From: an uncultured Lachnospiraceae bacterium
GTDB taxonomy: Bacteria; Bacillota; Clostridia; Lachnospirales; Lachnospiraceae
Length of the DNA stretch: 25,138 nt
Direction: 5' to 3'
Assembly: GCA_905236365.1 (NCBI GenBank)
Contig: CAJOPP010000408.1
Span: 1 to 25,138 of the forward strand
Made by a program: the position numbers and the translations under genes. Positions 1 through 7,798 of this stretch are shown here, in pieces; the stretch's first letter is position 1; each line of letters opens with the position of its first letter. Below the pieces are notes generated by a model that was given only the letters and a program-made list of their open reading frames with translations, was not told where the DNA came from and did no database searches.

Positions 1-419
1 CCTGTATCAATAATGACAACATCATACATATTATCTAATTTTACTAATTGTGCAATGAGAATCTTCAACCTCTCTTTATCAAGGTTAACCAAATCCTGAA
101 CACCTGAGCCACCGGAAATAAATCCAATGCCCAACGGTCCCTCCGTAATAATCTCTTCTATTGATTTATTGTCAAAAATCAGGTCCGCCAGATTATATTT
201 GGGTCTGATTCCCAGCATAACTTCAACATTTGCCAATCCAAAATCCGCATCTAAAACAACTACTCTTTTCCCATGTTGCTGCAGTTGCAAAGCAAGATTT
301 ACCGATATACTGGTCTTTCCTACCCCCCCTTTTCCACTGGTTACGGCAATGACTCTGGATGTCGGAGTCTGTTCTTTTAGCAATTCTACTCTTTTACGCA
401 ATTCATCTGCCTGATCCAT
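1..419 (-). CDS. flhG: MinD/ParA-family ATPase FlhG (FleN/YlxH), 5' part only; runs off the window edge
   Basis: Not in the ORF track; translated by hand from ATG at 419: MDQADELRKRVELLKEQTPTSRVIAVTSGKGGVGKTSISVNLAL...VVVLDADFGLANV...GFISGGSG...DVVIIDTG. Has the deviant Walker A KGGVGK and DAD motif, follows flhF, and has GGAGG upstream. Confidence 0.95.
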   Translation of the reverse strand, partial: MDQADELRKRVELLKEQTPTSRVIAVTSGKGGVGKTSISVNLALQLQQHGKRVVVLDADFGLANVEVMLGIRPKYNLADLIFDNKSIEEIITEGPLGIGFISGGSGVQDLVNLDKERLKILIAQLVKLDNMYDVVIIDT

Positions 420-1716
420 AACCGTTATTTCCTCCTAATAGCTGTTTTGCAATAATCTGCGGATTCATCACCTCAATATCATCCGGAACATTTTGTCCAT
501 ATGATACATAAGATAAAGACATACCAGTATCAAGCTTTACATTCAAAATATTACCAACAGCATCTGTTTCGTCTAACTTTGTAAAAATCAAACTGCAATC
601 AGCTATATCATCATATAAAGCTGTTATTTTTTTCAAATCTTTATACTTCGTTGTTGCACTAAGAACCAAATATGTTTGAACACTATACTTTGAAAATGCC
701 GCAAGTAATTTTTTTAAATCATCAAACTGTTCCTCATTTTTATGAGATCGCCCAGCCGTATCAATTAAAATATAATCACATTGCCGATATTTTGGAAGAA
801 TCGAATTCAAATCTTTTGGTTCGTAGACAACTTCAACCGGAATCGATAAAATACTTGCATAGGTCTTAATTTGTTCCACTGCAGCAATCCGATAAGTATC
901 TGCAGTCAAAATAGCTAGTTTCTTTTTATCCTCTAATGCCAATTTTGAAGATAATTTAGCAATTGTTGTTGTTTTTCCAACACCCGTTGGTCCCAAAAAG
1001 AAAATAACCTTTGGTTTTTTTTCTCCTTTATTTATGGTTATCGGATTTGTCTGCCCTAATTTTAAGATGATTTTTTGATAAACATACGCTAACATATCAT
1101 CTAGTGTCCGAACATTACCGGCATGCGTAATCTCATCCATAATCTGTCTTGCATATTCATTAGACACCTCGTTATTCGTAAGCATATCAATAATAAGATC
1201 TATCGACTTATTTTTTAGGCTGTCTTTACCGGATCGTACCTGTGCTTCTGCTGAATATTTTCCTCTTTTATCACTGACATCATCCGCATTCTCTTCCTTT
1301 TCAACAATCGACGTTGCTTTTTTCGGTTCTTTCTTTTCCTCTTTTTTATTTTCCATTTTCTTGCTTTCAATCTGCTGTTCCAGCAATTGGGCTAGCTTAT
1401 TTAATTTCTTATCAAGCTCCTTTGCTTCTTTTTCTTCCTCGCTTTCCTGAATAAGTTCAGGATGCAATTTTTCATCAATTTTTGCATTAAATAAAGAGGA
1501 TGTTTTTCTTTCATTCTTGGATTCATTTTTTTTGTTCTTATCTCCTGCTTCATCTATCGCAGCAGTCACTTCCACTTGCGTCTTGCGAAATACTTTAAAC
1601 ATTCCCTTTGGCTTAATTGTCTTGATGTTCATTACGATTGCATCTTTTCCCAACTCTGTTTTTGCCTGCAAAATCGCCTGTGTTTCTGTATTTGCCTGAA
1701 ATTTTTTAATTACCAT
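403..1716 (-). CDS. flhF: Flagellar SRP-family GTPase FlhF
   Basis: N-terminal MVIKKFQA; GTPase motifs GPTGVGKTTT, DTYR, DTAGR, TKLDE; C-terminal GQNVPDDI; lies between flhA and flhG. Confidence 0.97.
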   Translation of the reverse strand: MVIKKFQANTETQAILQAKTELGKDAIVMNIKTIKPKGMFKVFRKTQVEVTAAIDEAGDKNKKNESKNERKTSSLFNAKIDEKLHPELIQESEEEKEAKELDKKLNKLAQLLEQQIESKKMENKKEEKKEPKKATSIVEKEENADDVSDKRGKYSAEAQVRSGKDSLKNKSIDLIIDMLTNNEVSNEYARQIMDEITHAGNVRTLDDMLAYVYQKIILKLGQTNPITINKGEKKPKVIFFLGPTGVGKTTTIAKLSSKLALEDKKKLAILTADTYRIAAVEQIKTYASILSIPVEVVYEPKDLNSILPKYRQCDYILIDTAGRSHKNEEQFDDLKKLLAAFSKYSVQTYLVLSATTKYKDLKKITALYDDIADCSLIFTKLDETDAVGNILNVKLDTGMSLSYVSYGQNVPDDIEVMNPQIIAKQLLGGNNGYGSGR

Positions 1717-3772
1717 TGATCGTCACCACCCCAATTGATTGTAATTCTACATCAGATTCAATTTCATTGTATGATATTACGATTAAATCTTTAAAATAAT
1801 CCTTGACCAGCTTTTTAAAATACATTCTTACAATAGGAGATGTAATGATAATTGGTGCTTTTCCCTGATTTTCCAATTTTTTCATCTCTGTCTCGACCGA
1901 ATCCAGTATTTTTTTTGTTTCTGCAGGGTCTAATGTAATATAAGTTCCCTGCTCCGTCTGTTTCACAGAATTCATAATGTCCTGCTCAATTTGAGGATCT
2001 AAAGTAATAACCGTTGTCACATCCCCTTCTGTAAAATATGTATTTGAAATTGCACGTTTTAACCGTTGCCGTACATATTCTGTCAACACATCAGTATCTC
2101 TTGTGGAAACTGCATAATCCGCTAAAGTTTCAAATATAGTGACCAAATCTCTGATAGAGATTCCCTCTGAAAGAAGGTTCTGCAATACCTTCTGAATCTC
2201 GCCAACCCCAAGCAATTTCGGAACCAATTCATCCACCAATGTCGGATTGTTTTCTTTTACATTATTAATCAGATTCTGAACATCCTGTCTAGTCAACAAC
2301 TCATCCAAATGTGCCTTAATGATTTCTGTCAGATGGGTTGCTATAATAGACGGTGGATCAACAACTGTATATCCCATGGATTCCGCTCTTTCACGCTGTG
2401 CCTCTGTAATCCAGATTGCCGGCAAATGAAATGATGGTTCAAAAGTAGGAATCCCAGTAATCTCTTCTTCCACATATCCGGGATTCATCGCCATATAGTG
2501 ATCAAACAATATTTCACCTTCACTAATCTGAATACCTTTAATTTTGATAATATATTGATTTGGATTAAGCTGAATATTGTCTCTTAAACGAATGATAGGA
2601 ACTACTGCACCAAGCTCCAATGCAATTTGCCTACGAATCATAACCACTCTGTCTAACAAATCTCCCCCTTGATTTACATCTGCCAAAGGAATGATACCAT
2701 AACCAAACTCCAACTCAATCGGATCTACCTGCAATAACGCATTAACATTTTCATGTCTGCGGATTTCATCAGCCTGAACTTCCTCTTCTTTTACTTCTTC
2801 TTCAATTGATTCCACTTCCTGGGAATGCTCCATCAGTCTGCCAATTACAATTGCCCCAAGACCAATTCCTAAATAAATCAGAATTCTCCCTTCTGACCGT
2901 AGAGGTGTAAAAACACCTAAAAAACACAAGGTTGCACCTACCATATAGAGAACTTTCGGAACCTTGAACAACTGACCGATCATAATATCCCCAATATTGC
3001 TTGATTTTGAAGCCTTAGTGACAAGAATACCGGTTGCTAATGAGATTAACATAGAAGGAATCTGAGAGACAAGTCCATCTCCAATCGTTAAGATCGTATA
3101 CTTCGACAACGCCTCAGACAATTCCATTCCCTGTAACATTACACCCGTCACAATACCGCCTATCAAATTGATCACCGTAATAATAAGACCTGCTGTTGCA
3201 TCTCCCTTTACATACTTTGTCGCACCATCCATAGATCCAAAAAATGCAGATTCCTGCTGAATCTTCTCTCTGCGAATGCTCGCCTCCTGATCTGTAATTG
3301 CTCCAGTATTCAGATCTGCATCAATTGCCATTTGTTTACCTGGCATTGCATCCAGTGTAAAACGTGCAGTCACCTCAGAAACACGTTCAGAACCTTTATT
3401 GATAACAATCATCTGTACTATTACTAAAACAATAAAAATAATTGCTCCAATCACCAGGCTACCACCACCAACAAAATTTCCAAACGTCTCTACCACAACA
3501 CCTGGATCACCAGTTGATAAAATCAATCTGGTAGAAGATACATTCAATGATATTCGAAAAATTGTGGTGAACAAAAGAATAGTGGGGAAGCTTGACATAT
3601 CCAAAGTTTCTGTCGCATAGAGACAATTAAACAGAATTGCCAAGGCAATAAAAAGATTAAAGGTGATCAGAACATCCAACAACAAAGAAGGAATCGGAAT
3701 AATGAAAAAGATAACTGCCATCAACAAATAAAGTCCAACAAATAAATCTCCTCTAAAACTTATCTTTTTCAT
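1706..3772 (-). CDS. flhA: Flagellar export gate protein FlhA
   Basis: FHIPEP-family motifs FPTILLFTTIFRISLNVSSTRLIL, RVSEVTARFTLDAMPGKQMAIDADL, FFGSMDGATKYVKGDA; 688 aa; SD AAGGAGGTG upstream. Confidence 0.98.
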   Translation of the reverse strand: MKKISFRGDLFVGLYLLMAVIFFIIPIPSLLLDVLITFNLFIALAILFNCLYATETLDMSSFPTILLFTTIFRISLNVSSTRLILSTGDPGVVVETFGNFVGGGSLVIGAIIFIVLVIVQMIVINKGSERVSEVTARFTLDAMPGKQMAIDADLNTGAITDQEASIRREKIQQESAFFGSMDGATKYVKGDATAGLIITVINLIGGIVTGVMLQGMELSEALSKYTILTIGDGLVSQIPSMLISLATGILVTKASKSSNIGDIMIGQLFKVPKVLYMVGATLCFLGVFTPLRSEGRILIYLGIGLGAIVIGRLMEHSQEVESIEEEVKEEEVQADEIRRHENVNALLQVDPIELEFGYGIIPLADVNQGGDLLDRVVMIRRQIALELGAVVPIIRLRDNIQLNPNQYIIKIKGIQISEGEILFDHYMAMNPGYVEEEITGIPTFEPSFHLPAIWITEAQRERAESMGYTVVDPPSIIATHLTEIIKAHLDELLTRQDVQNLINNVKENNPTLVDELVPKLLGVGEIQKVLQNLLSEGISIRDLVTIFETLADYAVSTRDTDVLTEYVRQRLKRAISNTYFTEGDVTTVITLDPQIEQDIMNSVKQTEQGTYITLDPAETKKILDSVETEMKKLENQGKAPIIITSPIVRMYFKKLVKDYFKDLIVISYNEIESDVELQSIGVVTINGN

Positions 3773-3892
3773 ATCTTTTTCACACCTCCTTTTCCTTTGT
3801 ATTTTTAATACTTAGTAAACGCTGATTCCACGAACAATTTTTCTCGTTCACAGAATGTATTATTTCAAACCTTGAAAACTTTTTATTTTCAT

Positions 3893-5023
3893 TCAACTCA
3901 CCCTATTCTGCAACTGATATACATATGCTAACACCTCCGCAACCGCCTGATACAATTCCGGAGGAATCTCTGCTCCTAATTCCACATTATAATATAGCAT
4001 TCTTGCTAAGGGTTTATTTTCTACTATTTCAATATGATTTTCTCGTGCAACATCTTTAATCTTGCCTGCCAGAAAATCAGTTCCCTTTGCCACAACAATC
4101 GGCGCTTGTCCTTCACCCGATTTATATGATAATGCAACTGCAAAATGAGTCGGATTTGTGATAACCACATCTGCTTCCGGTATTGATGCCATCATACGAC
4201 GCTGCGAAGCCTGCTGCATACGCTGTCTCTGCTGACCCTTTATTTTGGGGTCTCCTTCCTGATTTTTAAACTCATCTTTTACTTCCTGCTTTGTCATTTT
4301 ATTATCTTCTTTAAATTTCCTTCTCTGGTACATAAAATCTACAGCCGCAATCACAATAAATAAAACACAAATTTTAATTCCTAATTCCATTATAATATCA
4401 TATAGAATGAGCAGGCTCTGATTAATAGAAATATCATAAAGCAGATAAAGATCAGACACCCGTTCTTTAAAAATACTATATACCAAATATCCGATTGCAA
4501 CAATCTTTACAATAGACTTCAGTAATTCCATAATCGTATTCATTGAAAACATACGTTTGAATCCACTAATCGGATTCATCTTATTAAATTTAGGTTCCAA
4601 CGGCTTGGCAGTCACTTTAAACTCAAACTGTAAAGAGTTGCTAAAAAAAGAAACCAGAAAACCAATCAATAAAAAGGGCGAAATTATAATAACCAATGAC
4701 AGCACAGTTCTAAAAAATATATACGAAAAATCAACCGTTTCAAATCCATCATTGGTATATCTTGGAATCAACGAATAATATTCGGCAAATAATCCGATCA
4801 AACGATTTCCAATAAAACTCATCGTAAAACGAAGAGAAAGAAACAACGCCAACAGAGAAGCTGCCGTTACAACCTCCCGGCTTTTTGCAACGTTACCCTC
4901 TTTTCTGACATCCTCTAATTTCTTTGCTGTCGCATCTTCTGTTTTCTCTCCTCCCGGACCTTCTTTTGCAAACATCTGAAGATCCAAAGAAAGTAACACC
5001 TTATAATGATATTCCATCAGCAC
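3893..5023 (-). CDS. flhB: Flagellar export substrate-specificity switch FlhB (start may be GTG 5023 or ATG 5017)
   Basis: EKTEDATAKKLEDVRKEGNVAKSRE N-terminus, KMTKQEVKDEFKNQEGDP, and the NPTH autocleavage motif (4145-4156). Confidence 0.97.
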   Translation of the reverse strand: MLMEYHYKVLLSLDLQMFAKEGPGGEKTEDATAKKLEDVRKEGNVAKSREVVTAASLLALFLSLRFTMSFIGNRLIGLFAEYYSLIPRYTNDGFETVDFSYIFFRTVLSLVIIISPFLLIGFLVSFFSNSLQFEFKVTAKPLEPKFNKMNPISGFKRMFSMNTIMELLKSIVKIVAIGYLVYSIFKERVSDLYLLYDISINQSLLILYDIIMELGIKICVLFIVIAAVDFMYQRRKFKEDNKMTKQEVKDEFKNQEGDPKIKGQQRQRMQQASQRRMMASIPEADVVITNPTHFAVALSYKSGEGQAPIVVAKGTDFLAGKIKDVARENHIEIVENKPLARMLYYNVELGAEIPPELYQAVAEVLAYVYQLQNRVS

Positions 5024-5034
5024 TCATACTCCAA

Positions 5035-5814
5035 CTAATAAAACGACTGCATTGCATTCATTACAACCTGCTGCATCTGTTTGTAAATATACTCAACAAT
5101 ATTTGGTATAAAAGATAACGTAACAAATAATACTGCAAATCCTACGAATATTTTCAACTGTACTCCAATCGCAAACATATTCATTTGCGGTGATGTCTTG
5201 GCTAATACACCAAGCACCACATTCAGCAACATAATTGCAATCAGGATTGGCAAACTAATCCGCAGTGCAATCAAAAAGTAATCTAACATATATTGTATCA
5301 TCACATTATATAAAGTTCCACTGTCAACTGTTACATGTCCTAATGGAATCAACTCAAAAGAATCCGACAGTGCTGATAAAACAAAATAATGCATATTGGA
5401 GCAAAGCAGAATTATCATAACCAACATATTGTAAAATTCAGCAGTAATTGTCGTCTCCGTATTCATACCCGGATCAAAATTCGAAACCATGGAAAATCCC
5501 ATTTCACGGTCAATAAACTGTCCAGCCATACCAATAATCGAAAGCGTAATATTAGACATAAATCCAATCGTCACACCAACTACCAATTCTTTAATCAGAA
5601 TAACCGTATATCCAAAAAAAGTAGTATAACCCAACGGCACATAAGGGTATATAGAAAAAACTGCGAAGGAAAAAGCTACTGCCAAAAAAAGTCTTACCCT
5701 TCTAGTAACCGGTTGACTTCCAAATACCGGAGCAAATGCCATTACCCCCACTACTCTGACTAAAATCGCCAAAAAGTATTCCAAATGATAAACAGAAAAG
5801 GAGCGTTCGATCAT
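5035..5814 (-). CDS. fliR: Flagellar export protein FliR
   Basis: Hydrophobic 259 aa protein with AGQFIDREMGFSM and GVLAKTSPQMNMFAIG motifs; lies between fliQ and flhB. Confidence 0.96.
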   Translation of the reverse strand: MIERSFSVYHLEYFLAILVRVVGVMAFAPVFGSQPVTRRVRLFLAVAFSFAVFSIYPYVPLGYTTFFGYTVILIKELVVGVTIGFMSNITLSIIGMAGQFIDREMGFSMVSNFDPGMNTETTITAEFYNMLVMIILLCSNMHYFVLSALSDSFELIPLGHVTVDSGTLYNVMIQYMLDYFLIALRISLPILIAIMLLNVVLGVLAKTSPQMNMFAIGVQLKIFVGFAVLFVTLSFIPNIVEYIYKQMQQVVMNAMQSFY

Positions 5815-5817
5815 ATA

Positions 5818-6087
5818 TTACCTCACATATTCTGAAAAATTCTCGAATAATCGGGTCATAAAAGATACAATATTATTCATGATCCATCCACCACATAAAA
5901 TCAATGTAATAAAGATACTAAGAATCTTTGGAACAAATGTCAAAGTCTGCTCTTGTATCGATGTAACAGTCTGAAAAATACTAATAATAAGACCAACCGC
6001 CAACGAAACAAGCAAAAGTGGTGCAGAGCATTTTATGATCAACCACAAAGCTTCTCTTGCGATATCAATTACAACTCCAGAATTCAT
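5818..6087 (-). CDS. fliQ: Flagellar export protein FliQ
   Basis: 89 aa with VGLIISIFQTVTSIQEQTLTFVPK signature. Confidence 0.97.
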   Translation of the reverse strand: MNSGVVIDIAREALWLIIKCSAPLLLVSLAVGLIISIFQTVTSIQEQTLTFVPKILSIFITLILCGGWIMNNIVSFMTRLFENFSEYVR

Positions 6088-6129
6088 TCTTCCACTTCCA
6101 ATCTGTAAATTCTTTTATACTTCACAGTA

Positions 6130-6157
6130 AGACAACAGGCTTGCAAGCCTGATATCT
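6130..6157. repeat. Perfect 16-bp palindrome CAGGCTTGCAAGCCTG (6136-6151), extendable to an imperfect hairpin, in the fliP-fliQ gap
   Basis: Read directly. On the minus-strand RNA the flanks AGAUA/UGUCU also pair across one U-U mismatch. No U-tract follows. Confidence 0.8.
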
Positions 6158-6198
6158 GATTTAGTTGAAATAAGCAAAAAATATGTGAGCATTTTACG

Positions 6199-7065
6199 TC
6201 AAAAATTAAAGCTTTTAACCAGCTCACCAATTACCAGATTCCATCCGTCTGCCATAACAAATAATAGAATTTTAAATGGCATCGATATAGTTGTCGGAGG
6301 CAGCATCATCATACCCATAGACATCAAAGTGGATGCCACCACCATATCAATAATAATAAATGGTATATAAATCATAAATCCAATGATAAAAGATTTACGT
6401 AATTCTCCCAACATAAAAGAAGGCACCAACACTGATGTGGGAATATCCTGAAGTTCTTCCACTCTGTCAATCCGTGCCAGATCAAGGAAAAAATTAACAT
6501 CCTCCGTCTCTACATTATTAAACATAAAATCCCGAAGTGGTGCCATACAGGCTTCTAATCCTTCTTCCTGTGTAATTTCCCCGTTTGACAATGGCTTAAT
6601 TCCCTCTTCATTAATTCTGTTCAAAGTCGGTGTCATAATAAAAAGTGTCAAAAATAACGCAAGCCCAATCAATACATTATTGGGTGGCGTCGATTGCGTA
6701 CCCAATGCCGTTCTCAAAAAATGGAAAACGACTATAATTCTGGTAAACGACGTCATCATCACAACGATTGATGGAGCTAAGGATATTACGGTAATAACCA
6801 AAAGCATTTGAAGAGTTCCTGCCAAAGTTCCTTCGTCATTGTCTGTATCAACAGTTATTCCGAACGAAAACGGCACATCATTCTCTAAATTGGTTATATC
6901 CTCTCTCTCATTATCAACTGTATTGTCTATCGTTCCTGTCGCTTCAACACGGTAACCGATACACAATACAGTAAAGATAATCAGATATGTAATTATAAAT
7001 TTTCTAATATGAATACGCCTTCGTATTCTTTCTTTTAAATTATTTGCTTTTACTTTGTTCTTCAT
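6199..7065 (-). CDS. fliP: Flagellar export protein FliP with signal-peptide-like N-terminus
   Basis: LAPSIVVMMTSFTRIIVVFHFLRTALGTQSTPPN and MSMGMMMLPP motifs; basic N-region, hydrophobic stretch, then VEA. Confidence 0.97.
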   Translation of the reverse strand: MKNKVKANNLKERIRRRIHIRKFIITYLIIFTVLCIGYRVEATGTIDNTVDNEREDITNLENDVPFSFGITVDTDNDEGTLAGTLQMLLVITVISLAPSIVVMMTSFTRIIVVFHFLRTALGTQSTPPNNVLIGLALFLTLFIMTPTLNRINEEGIKPLSNGEITQEEGLEACMAPLRDFMFNNVETEDVNFFLDLARIDRVEELQDIPTSVLVPSFMLGELRKSFIIGFMIYIPFIIIDMVVASTLMSMGMMMLPPTTISMPFKILLFVMADGWNLVIGELVKSFNF

Positions 7066-7408
7066 TTTTTAACTTTTCCAGTATCTTTTTAAAGTCAATT
7101 GGCTTAACAGCCATTTCCTGTTCCTTAATCTCCGATGCATCTAACTCTGACAAAAGCGTCACACGATCTTTGCAAACTGCCAAGGCAAAATAACGATTAC
7201 CAATTTTGATAATTTCAATTACTTTGTTATTCGATAACCGAAACACCTCAATCGCCTTAATATTGCTTCTCTTATTGATTACATTGGATTGAAAGCTTCC
7301 TGCAAATCTTGCAGCCACATAGGCCAGAAAAAGAACAAAAAGGAACAAAATAACAACACCAATTAATTCCCCTATGCTTTTCCAATCAGAGGCAGAAAAT
7401 AAAGCCAT
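7040..7408 (-). CDS. fliO: Flagellar protein FliO/FliZ (start ATG 7408 or TTG 7417)
   Basis: One N-terminal TM helix, then NIKAIEVFRLSNNKVIEIIKIGNRYFALAV (FliO-like beta region); lies between cheY and fliP. Confidence 0.85.
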   Translation of the reverse strand: MALFSASDWKSIGELIGVVILFLFVLFLAYVAARFAGSFQSNVINKRSNIKAIEVFRLSNNKVIEIIKIGNRYFALAVCKDRVTLLSELDASEIKEQEMAVKPIDFKKILEKLKNEEQSKSK

Positions 7409-7409
7409 A

Positions 7410-7772
7410 TTACTCAACCGCTTTCTTAACTGCTTCTAATACACGATCAGGCTGAAAAGGTTTTACGATAAAGTCTCTTGCTCCTGACTGAATACTCTCT
7501 ATAACCATCGCCTGCTGCCCCATTGCGGAACACATAACAACACTGGCATTCGGATCTGATTCTTTAATCTTTTTAAGAGCCTGAATGCCATCCATCTCCG
7601 GCATTGTGATATCCATTAATACAAGATCAGGCTGTGTCTCAGCATATTTTTCAACTGCCTTTAAACCATTCTCAGCCTCTCCAGCAATGGTATAGCCGTT
7701 CTTTACCAGGATATCCTTAATCATCATTCTCATAAAAGCTGCATCATCACAAATTAAAATACTCTTTGCCAT
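7410..7772 (-). CDS. cheY: Chemotaxis response regulator CheY
   Basis: Single receiver domain of 120 aa: ILICDDAAFMRMMI, LMDITMPEMDG (phospho-Asp), MCSAMGQQ, FIVKPF. Confidence 0.97.
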   Translation of the reverse strand: MAKSILICDDAAFMRMMIKDILVKNGYTIAGEAENGLKAVEKYAETQPDLVLMDITMPEMDGIQALKKIKESDPNASVVMCSAMGQQAMVIESIQSGARDFIVKPFQPDRVLEAVKKAVE

Positions 7773-7798
7773 ATCTTGATCTCCATTTCATAAATAGT

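Noticed and set aside
1526-1533. A8 tracts on the coding strand in flhF (1526-1533), flhA (1909-1916), flbD (12430-12437) and fliK (16325-16332) as phase-variation sites
   Set aside because: 8-nt A runs are expected in Lys/Asn codons of an AT-rich genome, and all reading frames are intact.
3828-3847. LexA box in the flhB-flhA gap (GAAC...GTTC)
   Set aside because: The spacer is 10 nt, not the 4 nt of the Firmicute CGAAC-N4-GTTCG site.
6088-6135. Internal promoter before fliQ (TATAAA)
   Set aside because: No -35 at 16-18 nt and no extended TG.
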